Assembly: GCF_014396165.1 (NCBI RefSeq)
Contig: NZ_CP060715.1
Coordinates: 1,260,001 to 1,292,000 of the forward strand
Source: Erysipelothrix inopinata
GTDB taxonomy: Bacteria > Bacillota_I > Bacilli_A > Erysipelotrichales > Erysipelotrichaceae
Direction of reading: 5' to 3'
Length of the DNA stretch: 32,000 nt
Translations under genes and position numbers: made by a program
Shown here: positions 1 to 7,798 of the stretch, piece after piece
Position numbering within the stretch: position 1 is the stretch's first letter
How the letters are laid out: each line of letters opens with the position of its first letter
The notes under the pieces: model-generated
Told to the model about the DNA's origin: nothing
Seen by the model: the letters and a program-made list of their open reading frames with translations, nothing else
Databases searched by the model: none

Positions 1-355
1 AATCATTGTTCTCGACGAACCTACGGCTGGTCTTGACCCACAGGGAAGCAAAGACATGATGGATTTATTTATTAAACTCAATCAGGAATATCAAAAGACA
101 ATTATCATGGTAAGTCATGATATGGATCATGTACTTAAATACAGTGATGATGTTGTTGTCTTAAAAGATGGTGAAATCTTCTATGCAGGAGATACTAAAG
201 CATTCTTTAAAGAAGCGGACTTATTAGAGGAACTCGGATTTGTGGCACCAAAAATTCTCCAACTTAAACGCATGTTAAAAAAACAAGGTCTCGATACAAA
301 AGATGAACTTGATATTGAAAATATTGCGAAAATGGTCAAGGAGGCTCGAAAATGA
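1..355 (+). CDS. ecfA2: ECF transporter ATPase subunit, C-terminal part (5' end lies left of the window)
   Basis: Frame open from base 2: IIVLDEPTAGLD (Walker B/D-loop) and MVSHDM (H-loop). Stop overlaps the ecfT start (ATGA at 352-355). Synteny ecfA-ecfA-ecfT-truA-rplM-rpsI as in Bacillus. Confidence 0.85.
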   Translation, partial: IIVLDEPTAGLDPQGSKDMMDLFIKLNQEYQKTIIMVSHDMDHVLKYSDDVVVLKDGEIFYAGDTKAFFKEADLLEELGFVAPKILQLKRMLKKQGLDTKDELDIENIAKMVKEARK

Positions 356-1152
356 AAAACGTAGCTCTTGGTCAGTACATTCCCTTAGATTCAAAAGTTC
401 ATAAGCTCGATCCACGTATCAAAATTGTGTCAATGATTTTATTAATGGTTGGAATCTTCTCGGTTAATAATTTCTATGCAAATGGATTTATGTTTGTCTT
501 TCTTGCATGTGCAATTTTAGCATCGAAACTAACATTCAAATTTATTCTTAAATCGTTGAAACCAATGGGCTTTATGTTGATTTTCTTATTCATACTCAAC
601 ATATTTGCGATTCGCGAAGGGCGCGTCCTTCTTGAAATATGGAACTTTAAACTTTACTCAGGTGCTTTATATCAAACATTCTTTATTGTGACACGTCTTA
701 TTCTAATGGTCATGGTGACAACCTTACTGACAGCAACAACACCACCATTGGATTTAACTTTAGGTATTGAAGATTTACTAAATCCACTGCGTGTTATTAA
801 AGTACCTGCTCATGAAATTGCAATGATGATTTCCATTGCGTTACGTTTTATTCCAACTTTGATCGAAGATACACAACGAATCATGAATGCGCAAGCAAGT
901 CGTGGTGTTGACCTTGATGAAGGAAGTCTTAAAGAAAAAATTAGTGGCGTTGTTTCAATGATTATTCCGCTCTTTATTTCATCATATCATCGTGCTGAAG
1001 ATTTGGCGGATGCTATGGAAGCGCGTGGTTATTACCCAGGGAAAGAACGGACACGCTATAAACAATTGAAAATTAAATTCTCAGACTGGTTGATTCTTGT
1101 TATTTGTATTGCTGTGATGGTTATATCCATCTCAATTGGTCGATATATATGA
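352..1152 (+). CDS. ecfT: ECF transporter transmembrane (T) component
   Basis: 266 aa, multi-TM. Two conserved Ala-Arg-Gly coupling motifs (AQASRGVD, AMEARGY). Position between ecfA and truA. Confidence 0.85.
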   Translation: MKNVALGQYIPLDSKVHKLDPRIKIVSMILLMVGIFSVNNFYANGFMFVFLACAILASKLTFKFILKSLKPMGFMLIFLFILNIFAIREGRVLLEIWNFKLYSGALYQTFFIVTRLILMVMVTTLLTATTPPLDLTLGIEDLLNPLRVIKVPAHEIAMMISIALRFIPTLIEDTQRIMNAQASRGVDLDEGSLKEKISGVVSMIIPLFISSYHRAEDLADAMEARGYYPGKERTRYKQLKIKFSDWLILVICIAVMVISISIGRYI

Positions 1153-1880
1153 GATTAAAGGCGACAGTTGCCTACGACGGTTCTGCCTTTGTTGGATGGC
1201 AAAAACAGCCAAATGGCAATAGTGTTCAAACAGAAATTGAAAAAGCGGTTTCTTTAATTAATAAAGAAAAGACACGGGTATTCGGATCAGGAAGAACTGA
1301 TGCTGGTGTTCACGGATTGGGGCAAGTGTTTCACTTTGATTCACCGTTTGAGATACAGGGTAAGGCTTGGATTAAAGCACTTAACTCAATGCTTCCACTG
1401 ACAATTCGTATTGTAGACGTTGAACCTGTCGATGATTCTTTTCATGCACGTTATAGTGCTAAAACAAAAACTTACGAATACCGTGTCAATAACGGAGAAT
1501 ATGATTTGTTTAAGAGAGAATACGAATGTTACTACCCAGAAAAGTTAGATTTAGGAAAAATTGAAGAAGCTTGCCAGAGGTTTCTGGGTGAACATGATTT
1601 CACATCCTTCAATGCTACAAAGCTTGAAGTGATAGAAAATCAGGTTAGAACAATCTATCGTTTTGATTTTGAAGTAATTGATAACCATATTATCTTCACA
1701 ATTTGCGGGAGTGGATTCTTAAAATATATGGTTCGAATGATGATTGCTACCTGTCTAAAATGTGGTACAGGAAAGATCAAACCAGAGAAAATAACAGAAA
1801 TGTTAGAAGCTAAAGATAAAGATGTAATGCAGTACAATATAGAACCAAACGGGCTTTACTTAAAAAAAGTTAATTATTGA
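1149..1880 (+). CDS. truA: tRNA pseudouridine(38-40) synthase
   Basis: MRLKATVAYDGSAFVGWQKQ N-terminus and catalytic-Asp motif GSGRTDAGVHG. The ORF-track start at 1104 is an upstream extension; ATG 1149 overlaps the ecfT stop. Confidence 0.9.
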   Translation: MRLKATVAYDGSAFVGWQKQPNGNSVQTEIEKAVSLINKEKTRVFGSGRTDAGVHGLGQVFHFDSPFEIQGKAWIKALNSMLPLTIRIVDVEPVDDSFHARYSAKTKTYEYRVNNGEYDLFKREYECYYPEKLDLGKIEEACQRFLGEHDFTSFNATKLEVIENQVRTIYRFDFEVIDNHIIFTICGSGFLKYMVRMMIATCLKCGTGKIKPEKITEMLEAKDKDVMQYNIEPNGLYLKKVNY

Positions 1881-1901
1881 AAGAATGTTAAGGAACTTGC
1901 C

Positions 1902-1930
1902 TTGACATATTTGCTAAAAAAGCATACAAT
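1902..1930 (+). promoter_or_regulatory. Sigma-A type promoter for rplM-rpsI
   Basis: TTGACA (1902-1907), 17-nt spacer, TACAAT (1925-1930). Confidence 0.55.
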
Positions 1931-1994
1931 AATAACCGGCACTTTATGCCAATAGTAGCCCCGGAAACTACTTTTGGTTTAGGAGGAAAATAAC
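1931..1994 (+). promoter_or_regulatory. Structured 5' leader of rplM (possible L13-leader type autoregulatory element)
   Basis: Hairpins GGCA-cttta-TGCC (1938-1950) and AGTAG-N8-CTACT (1955-1972) lie just before the GGAGG RBS. Ribosomal-protein leaders upstream of rplM are known in Bacillota. No covariance model could be run. Confidence 0.35.
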
Positions 1995-2432
1995 ATGCGT
2001 CAAACAACTATGACGAAACCAGCAGAGGTTGTGCGCCAATGGTACATTGTTGATGGAGCAGATATGACTTTAGGTCGTTTATCAAGCGAAGTTGCAACAG
2101 TATTACGTGGAAAACACAAACCAACATTTACACCAAACGTTGATTGCGGAGATTATGTGATCGTTATCAATGCCGACAAGATTAAAGTGAGTGGAGATCA
2201 AGAATACAAAAAATTCTACTACAGCCATTCATCATATCCTGGAGGATTAAGAACACGTTCAACTCGCGTTATGCGTGAACAATATACTGTAGAATGGGTT
2301 GAAAAATCAATTCACGGTATGTTACCACATACAAAATTAGGAGACAAACAACGTACACACTTGTTTGTTTACAAGGGAGATAACCACCCTCATGCAGCTC
2401 AACAGCCAATTGAAATGGTTATTAAGGGATAG
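1995..2432 (+). CDS. rplM: 50S ribosomal protein L13
   Basis: 145 aa. [34 protein letters not shown] is a typical L13 N-terminus. GGAGG RBS. Confidence 0.95.
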   Translation: MRQTTMTKPAEVVRQWYIVDGADMTLGRLSSEVATVLRGKHKPTFTPNVDCGDYVIVINADKIKVSGDQEYKKFYYSHSSYPGGLRTRSTRVMREQYTVEWVEKSIHGMLPHTKLGDKQRTHLFVYKGDNHPHAAQQPIEMVIKG

Positions 2433-2440
2433 GAGACAAT

Positions 2441-2848
2441 ATGACACAAAAGAAAAAGAATGCTGTAACATATTTAGGTACAGGACGTCGTAAGACATCT
2501 GTTGCTCGTGTTTATCTAACTCCTGGAACAGGTGTGATTACAATTAATCACAAATCAATCGAAGAATATTTACCATCAGAATTGTTACAAATGGTTGTTC
2601 GCTCACCATTTGAAGCAACTGCTACACAAAACACATTTGACGTTAAAGTTAATGTATTTGGTGGCGGACTTACAGGTCAAGCCGGAGCAATCCGTCACGG
2701 TATCTCACGTGCTTTATTAGAAGCATCAGCAGATTACCGTCCAGCACTTAAGGCAGCTGGATTCTTAACACGTGATCCACGTGCTAAAGAACGTAAAAAA
2801 CCAGGTCTTAAGAAAGCTCGTAAAGCTTCACAATTCTCAAAACGTTAA
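2441..2848 (+). CDS. rpsI: 30S ribosomal protein S9
   Basis: 135 aa. [31 protein letters not shown], and a C-terminal [10 protein letters not shown]. Confidence 0.95.
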   Translation: MTQKKKNAVTYLGTGRRKTSVARVYLTPGTGVITINHKSIEEYLPSELLQMVVRSPFEATATQNTFDVKVNVFGGGLTGQAGAIRHGISRALLEASADYRPALKAAGFLTRDPRAKERKKPGLKKARKASQFSKR

Positions 2849-2870
2849 TCTCAAAGATTATCAAATTTGG

Positions 2871-2899
2871 AAACTCTCACTCTTGTGGGAGTTTTTTTG
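2871..2899 (+). terminator. Rho-independent terminator after rpsI
   Basis: AAACTCTCAC-tctt-GTGGGAGTTT stem (one G:U) followed by a T-run. Confidence 0.7.
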
Positions 2900-2968
2900 T
2901 TTTCTATGTGTGGGAGAAATCTAGGGAAGTATGATATACTAGCTCCATAAAAGAAAAGGGTGGATATA

Positions 2969-4056
2969 ATGGGGGAAATACAAGAAAATAAAGTAATAAT
3001 TTTTACTGATGATACTTTGAATGTTGAGGTAAATGTTAGTCCAGAAGAAGATACAGTCTGGCTATCTTTGAATGATATTTCTGAATTATTCGATAAAAAT
3101 AAATCAACAATTTCTCGACATATTAATAACATTTTTAACGAAGGTGAATTGGATAAAAGTTCAACTGTTGCAAAAAATGCAACAGTTCAAAAGATACAGT
3201 TTGGTTAAATAGAAATCAAATTGCAACACTGTTTGAAAGAGATGTAAAAACAATTGGTTAACATATTAATAATATTTTAGTGGAGGAATTGGATCGTGAA
3301 GCAGTTGTCGCAAAATTTGCGGCAACTGCTTCCGATGGGAAAGTATATCAAACGGATTTTTATAATCTCGATATGATTATTTCAGTTGGTTATCGAGTTA
3401 AGTCTAAAAGAGCAACAAAATTTAGAAAATGGGCTACTTCGGTACTAAAAGAATATGCAATTAAAGGTTACGTGCTAAATGAAACTAAAATTAATTATGA
3501 AAAACAATTGCAATTGATAAAAATTTTAGAAAGAACCGATAACCAAATTGAATCAAAAGAAATACTGAATATTCTTGAACAATATACATTAGATTTGCAA
3601 CTTCTTGATGACTATGATCATCAAAGAATTGCAAAACCAAAAGGAGTTTCATCAACTTATGTTCTAAAATATGACGAGTGCAAAATGTTTATTGATGAGA
3701 TGAAACGTGAACACGAATCAGATGTTTTTGGTATTGAAAGAGAAGGGGCTTTTAAGTCGAGTATAGGAGCAATTTACCAAACTTTCGATAACGAAGAGCT
3801 ATACCCGTCTGTGGAAGAGAAAGCATCTCATCTCTTATACTTTCTTGTAAAAAATCATGGATTTATAGATGGAAATAAAAGAATTGCTGCTGCATTATTT
3901 GTATATTTTTTGGACAAAAATAATGCGCTAATACAAAATGGTATGCCAATAATTGATAATAAAACTCTCGTAGCACTGACGATTTTACTTGCTGAATCAA
4001 ATCCAAATGAGAAAGAATTATTAATCAATCTTATTATGAATTTATTAAGATACTAG
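2969..4056 (+). pseudogene. RhuM / Fic-Doc family protein gene, disrupted (frameshift at A4 run 3189-3192, in-frame TAA at 3259-3261)
   Basis: ORF 2969-3208 has a RhuM-type N-terminal module (EDTVWLSLNDISELF...HINNIFNEGELD). The adjacent frame continues KDTVWLNRNQIATLFERDVKTIG-stop-HINNILVEELD...YNLDMIISVGYRVKSKRATKFRKWA (RhuM core). The C-terminus carries the Doc-type motif HGFIDGNKR at 3856-3882. Confidence 0.6.
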
Positions 4057-4119
4057 AATCTTTGATGTTAAATTGTAAATATAAGTAAAAGTCGTAAATA
4101 CTGTGTTGTATGCATTATG

Positions 4120-4435
4120 TCTCTAAGTGAATCTAGTCAATCCACTTATTTTACGTTGATGGGCATATTGCCAAGCCTAATAGTTGAAAGAAGCTGTAGG
4201 CAAAAACGATGTTGCGACATCAAGGCCTGGAGGAAGTTGATTGCTGTATATTGAAACAAAGCGTATCAAACCGAATTGGCTCATAAGACGGATATCGCTG
4301 CCTAAAGTGATCAAGTTCAAAAAATCAGAATAATCATATACGTTATGTCAGCCGTGAACTGAATTCTTGAGTTTCATAGTATGCTAAAGTATGATGGTTT
4401 TGTATGATGGAGATCTTCATAGGTTCTTTGAGGTT
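4120..4435 (-). mobile_element. Heavily decayed IS3-family (IS150-like) transposase orfB remnant
   Basis: Minus-strand frames give short stop-interrupted stretches in the order expected for IS3 OrfB: TKPSYFSIL / NSRIQFTADITYM / SDIRLMSQFGLIRFVS..PPGLDVATSF / YAHQRKISGLT. No intact ORF and no inverted repeats identified. Judged by eye only. Confidence 0.35.
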
Positions 4436-4485
4436 CCTAACATAGTAAGACTTTATCGCCTAAAGGATTTTTTTGGGAGGAATAG

Positions 4486-4716
4486 ATGAAAATATTATTA
4501 CTAAAAAGAATTAAATCGTTTGTAGATGTTCTATCAATAATAGTTGTTAACTTGATTTCAATCTATGCTATATTCGAAATAATTGAAAAAGTACCAACAA
4601 ACAGTTCCTTGTTGACAGGTTTTACATTACTGTTTTTATACTTGAATTTTGTAAACATTCAAGTAAGGGTGGCGAAGGAAAGAAAAAAATCCCTTTTAAG
4701 AAGAATTCATAATTAA
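4486..4716 (+). CDS. Hypothetical small membrane protein (two predicted TM helices, basic C-terminal tail)
   Basis: 76 aa, GGGAGG RBS 5 nt upstream of the ATG, followed by a strong hairpin terminator. No recognisable family. Confidence 0.45.
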   Translation: MKILLLKRIKSFVDVLSIIVVNLISIYAIFEIIEKVPTNSSLLTGFTLLFLYLNFVNIQVRVAKERKKSLLRRIHN

Positions 4717-4739
4717 TCTATTATTCACTAATACCGCTA

Positions 4740-4771
4740 AAAGACTGCATAATTTGACAATGCAGTCTTTT
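4740..4771 (+). terminator. Rho-independent terminator after the small ORF
   Basis: AAGACTGCAT (4741-4750) pairs with ATGCAGTCTT (4760-4769) across a 9-nt loop, followed by TTTTG. Confidence 0.6.
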
Positions 4772-4782
4772 GTCCTTATACT
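4754..4782 (+). promoter_or_regulatory. Sigma-A type promoter for the antiporter operon, embedded in the preceding terminator
   Basis: TTGACA (4754-4759, in the hairpin loop), 17-nt spacer, TATACT (4777-4782). GAGGAGG RBS at 4787-4793, TTG start at 4801. Confidence 0.5.
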
Positions 4783-4800
4783 TTTAGAGGAGGTAGAGCT

Positions 4801-5970
4801 TTGAATATATTTATTAAACTAGGGTTAGTGTTGGTTTTTGGTTTTATGGGAGGAAAGCTTGCGAGCAAACTGAATCTTCCAAATGTTACGGGGTATTTAA
4901 TTGGAGGGATATTTTTAGGAACATCCTTTTTTAATGTCATTACCCAAAGTGATTCACAAGTAATCAATTTCATCAATGAGTTCACATTATCTGCAATCGC
5001 ATTTAATATTGGAGGTGAGTTCTTGTGGGACACGATTAAGAAATTAGGAAAAGATGTTGTGATTATTACCATAGCAGAAGTTATTGGTGCGGTAGTGATT
5101 GTCTTTATTCTGATGTACTTTATAATGGGTCAAGATTTTGTATTTAGTCTTATGGTGGCATCTATGTCGGCAGCAACAGCACCGGCAGGTACGATGCTTG
5201 TAATTAAGCAGTATCGCGCTAAAGGGCCTATGACTGATATGATATTGCCTATCGCAGCACTTGATGATGCTTTAGGGATTATGGTGTTTGGACTTGCTTT
5301 ATCGTTATCCAAAGTTGTATTGGGTAAGGTGAGTGGGTCTACATTATCATTAGTATTGGCACCATTCATAGAAATTGCTGCATCATTATTATTGGGGTTT
5401 GTTATTGGATTTATCCTCTCAAGAATTTCCAAACATATTAAGTCATCGCAAGAGTTAGTAGTGGTTATAATTCTTACGTTATTGCTTACATCAGGTCTTT
5501 CAATGTTACTGAACTTGAGTTCATTGCTGTGTGCCATGATGGTAGGTGCAACTTATATAAACTTGGGACAAAACCCTTCGAGAACATTTAATGCAATTAA
5601 TAATTTTGTTCCACCTTTTAACATTCTATTCTTCGCGTTAGCAGGGTCGTCATTAGATTTATCGATACTGACAAATATTGGATTAATTGGTATTGTATAT
5701 GTAATGGGTAGAATGTCAGGGAAAGTTCTAGGAACGCGCTTAGGGGCTGTCAGTGTAGGAAGCTCAGAAACTATAAGAAAATACCTTGGATGGGCACTAT
5801 TACCTCAAGGAGGGGTTTCTATTGGACTCTCAATGATAGTAAGTGCTCAGTTACCAGAGTATCGCGAAGAAATAGTCGGACTCATCTTATTTTCAGTGTT
5901 AATATTTGAAATAATTGGCCCGATACTCGCGAAGATATCGATTACTAAAGCAAAAGAAATTACAGTTTAG
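4801..5970 (+). CDS. Cation:proton antiporter (CPA2 / Na+-H+ exchanger family), no fused RCK/KTN domain
   Basis: 389 aa, ~11-12 TM. N-terminus LGLVLVFGFMGGKLASKLNLPNVTGYLIGGIFLG is typical of Kef/NapA-type CPA2 proteins. TTG start with a strong RBS. Confidence 0.8.
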   Translation: MNIFIKLGLVLVFGFMGGKLASKLNLPNVTGYLIGGIFLGTSFFNVITQSDSQVINFINEFTLSAIAFNIGGEFLWDTIKKLGKDVVIITIAEVIGAVVIVFILMYFIMGQDFVFSLMVASMSAATAPAGTMLVIKQYRAKGPMTDMILPIAALDDALGIMVFGLALSLSKVVLGKVSGSTLSLVLAPFIEIAASLLLGFVIGFILSRISKHIKSSQELVVVIILTLLLTSGLSMLLNLSSLLCAMMVGATYINLGQNPSRTFNAINNFVPPFNILFFALAGSSLDLSILTNIGLIGIVYVMGRMSGKVLGTRLGAVSVGSSETIRKYLGWALLPQGGVSIGLSMIVSAQLPEYREEIVGLILFSVLIFEIIGPILAKISITKAKEITV

Positions 5971-5980
5971 GAGGATCATT

Positions 5981-6325
5981 ATGAACGTTCTATTTATTGT
6001 ACTAAATCAAGTTGATACTTTAGAAGATGTTTTAACATCGTTGACACAGGTAGGAGTTCGAGGTGCAACTATCTTGGATTCTCAAGGTATGGGATCTGCG
6101 ATTTATGAATATGACAATCAAATGAGTGCACTCTTCGGTTCCTTGAAATCACAATTTGATAGAGAACACCCATACAATAAAACTATCTTTACCGTGATTG
6201 AAAATGAGACACTTTTACAACAGGCGATGGATGCTGTTGCGAAAATTGTTGATGTGGATCAGCCTAACCAAGGAATGATGTTTACGATTCCCGTGGGTAA
6301 AGTTGTCGGTTTACGTAAAGAATAA
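5981..6325 (+). CDS. PII-like (GlnB-fold) small signalling protein
   Basis: 114 aa. The ORF-track start at 5915 is an extension; ATG 5981 is preceded by TAGGAGG, where the antiporter stop codon is part of the RBS. Beta-alpha-beta pattern VLFIVLN..LEDVLTSLTQVGVRGATILDSQGMG ... TIFTVIENETLLQQAMDAV...GMMFTIPV resembles PII-family proteins. Confidence 0.6.
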   Translation: MNVLFIVLNQVDTLEDVLTSLTQVGVRGATILDSQGMGSAIYEYDNQMSALFGSLKSQFDREHPYNKTIFTVIENETLLQQAMDAVAKIVDVDQPNQGMMFTIPVGKVVGLRKE

Positions 6326-6331
6326 TTATTG

Positions 6332-6370
6332 AATCCTCAATGTTTCAAAAATGTTGAGGATTTTCTTTTT
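6332..6370 (+). terminator. Rho-independent terminator after the PII-like gene
   Basis: AATCCTCAATGT / ATGTTGAGGATT 12-bp stem (2 G:U) followed by TTTCTTTTT. Confidence 0.75.
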
Positions 6371-6468
6371 AATTATTTATATTTGGCTTCGGAAATAGTA
6401 GAAAAGACCGTCTTTTTAAGCGTATTTAAAGACATTTAAAATTAATTTAAACTTTTTACAAATTCATG

Positions 6469-6497
6469 TTGACACTGTCAATTCTTAATGGTATATT
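6469..6497 (+). promoter_or_regulatory. Sigma-A type promoter for the tRNA pair
   Basis: TTGACA (6469-6474), 17-nt spacer, TATATT (6492-6497). A/T-rich UP-like tract upstream. Confidence 0.55.
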
Positions 6498-6517
6498 ATT
6501 AAGGCAGTCAAGGGAAT

Positions 6518-6594
<77 letters not shown>

Positions 6595-6621
6595 TTCTTA
6601 TTAACTGTATCTTCTAAATTT

Positions 6622-6697
6622 GGGGTTTTAGCTCAGCTGGGAGAGCGCCTGCCTTGCACGCAGGAGGTCATCGGTTCGATCCCGATAAGCTCCACCA
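6622..6697 (+). tRNA. tRNA-Ala (anticodon UGC), CCA encoded
   Basis: Acceptor stem with the G3:U70 identity pair, anticodon loop CT-TGC-AC, T-arm GGTTCGATCCC, 3' ACCA. Confidence 0.95.
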
Positions 6698-6711
6698 AAT
6701 TTATAAATTAC

Positions 6712-6739
6712 AAGCATCTCAATCGAGATGCTTTTTTTT
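6712..6739. terminator. Bidirectional rho-independent terminator (tRNA operon / AraC gene)
   Basis: AAGCATCTC-aatc-GAGATGCTT followed by T8. Overlaps the 3' end of the convergent AraC gene. Confidence 0.75.
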
Positions 6740-7607
6740 ATATTTTGTGATGATGTTGTTTTCTGAATTCAGATGGAAGCATGTTATAGTGTGCTTCAAA
6801 TATACGTGCGAATGATTTCTTATTTGGAAATCCTGCATCATAGAGAATTTTTATAAGAGGATCATCTGTATTGATAATTAGGTATACGGCATGTTCAAGG
6901 CGTAAGTAATCGAGATACTCCTTATATGTTTGATTCATATACTTTTTAAACAAGCGACTTATGTGTTGAGGTGACAATGGATAATGTTGACTTAAATCAG
7001 CAAGTGTAATGGGTCGGGTATAGTTTTTATGGACATAAAGTAATATGTCAGTAAATATTTGAGGGAAGTTCCCTTGCCAATTCGGAATATTATCGGCTTC
7101 AAGTTCAGAAATTTTGAGGTAATACTCATAGAAGAAAGTATCTAACGCAGCATTGAAACCAAAACGATCAATTTTTGAATAACAATCCATAAGCTTATAT
7201 ATTTGATTTATAGCATCTGTTAATTTATAACTATTAAACTGGTAAAAGCTACTTACGTAGGGAAACCAAGAAATATTCTGTACGACATAACGCCCTGATA
7301 CAAAAAGAGTTAGAATTTCAGTTTCTTCAAGTACCTTTATTTGGTGATGAGTCATATAAGGTATCAATATTGTATCTTGTGGTGAAACTTCTCGGTTACC
7401 ATCTTTATCATTAATCTGAAATTTTCCAGAAATACAATGAATAAATATGAGCGAATCACATTGTTTCTCTTCGATATGAAATTTATCATAAATTTCTTTT
7501 AATGCCAGTATCTCATGGTTATCATGATATTTATATTGAATGATATTTGATGGTTGTGTAAGGAGCTCATGGTAAATATCTTTAATTGTTTTGATTGCGG
7601 AATCCAT
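6738..7607 (-). CDS. AraC-family transcriptional regulator (cupin-like N-domain plus dual HTH)
   Basis: 289 aa. C-terminal ITLADLSQHYPLSPQHISRLFKK...YLRLEHAVYLI...ILYDAGFPNKKSFARIFEAHYNMLPSEFRK is the AraC/XylS HTH signature. GAGAGG RBS. Confidence 0.8.
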   Translation of the reverse strand: MDSAIKTIKDIYHELLTQPSNIIQYKYHDNHEILALKEIYDKFHIEEKQCDSLIFIHCISGKFQINDKDGNREVSPQDTILIPYMTHHQIKVLEETEILTLFVSGRYVVQNISWFPYVSSFYQFNSYKLTDAINQIYKLMDCYSKIDRFGFNAALDTFFYEYYLKISELEADNIPNWQGNFPQIFTDILLYVHKNYTRPITLADLSQHYPLSPQHISRLFKKYMNQTYKEYLDYLRLEHAVYLIINTDDPLIKILYDAGFPNKKSFARIFEAHYNMLPSEFRKQHHHKI

Positions 7608-7798
7608 TCTTTTACCTCTCTAAGTGAAAGTAGAGACTTCTTTCACATTCTAACGGTTCTTTGTTTGTATTATAACATGTTCAAAGATTATGTCCGGATA
7701 CGACCCCTCTCATGTTCTAATTTGACCCTAATCGTAATTATTCTAGTGATATAGTTCGAATAGAGAGGAAACATGAATCATGTTTATGAGGTGAATCT

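Noticed and set aside
2851-3132. 93-aa minus-strand ORF
   Set aside because: Antisense to the RhuM N-terminal ORF and running into the rpsI terminator. No RBS and low-complexity composition. Shadow ORF.
3259-3261. Alternative genetic code (TAA read as sense) to rescue the RhuM/Fic gene
   Set aside because: TAA, TAG and TGA all terminate well-conserved genes at the expected positions throughout the window (rplM, rpsI, citF, oadB and others), which is consistent with the standard code 11.
4057-4485. Known riboswitch or ncRNA (c-di-AMP ydaO-type, Mn/Na/Li riboswitches, 6S, SRP RNA, T-box) upstream of the small ORF and antiporter
   Set aside because: None of the conserved core sequences I know for these classes is present. 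The antiporter has its own promoter after a terminator, and the protein-like minus-strand fragments favour IS debris. This cannot be excluded without an Rfam scan.
4776-5537. Minus-strand ORFs 4776-5072 and 5130-5537
   Set aside because: Antisense shadows inside the well-supported antiporter gene.
6326-6517. 16S rRNA 3' end or other rRNA fragments flanking the Ile/Ala tRNAs
   Set aside because: No anti-SD (CCUCCU-containing 16S tail) or 23S 5' sequence is recognisable. Instead the flanks hold a terminator, an A/T-rich UP-like tract and a promoter.
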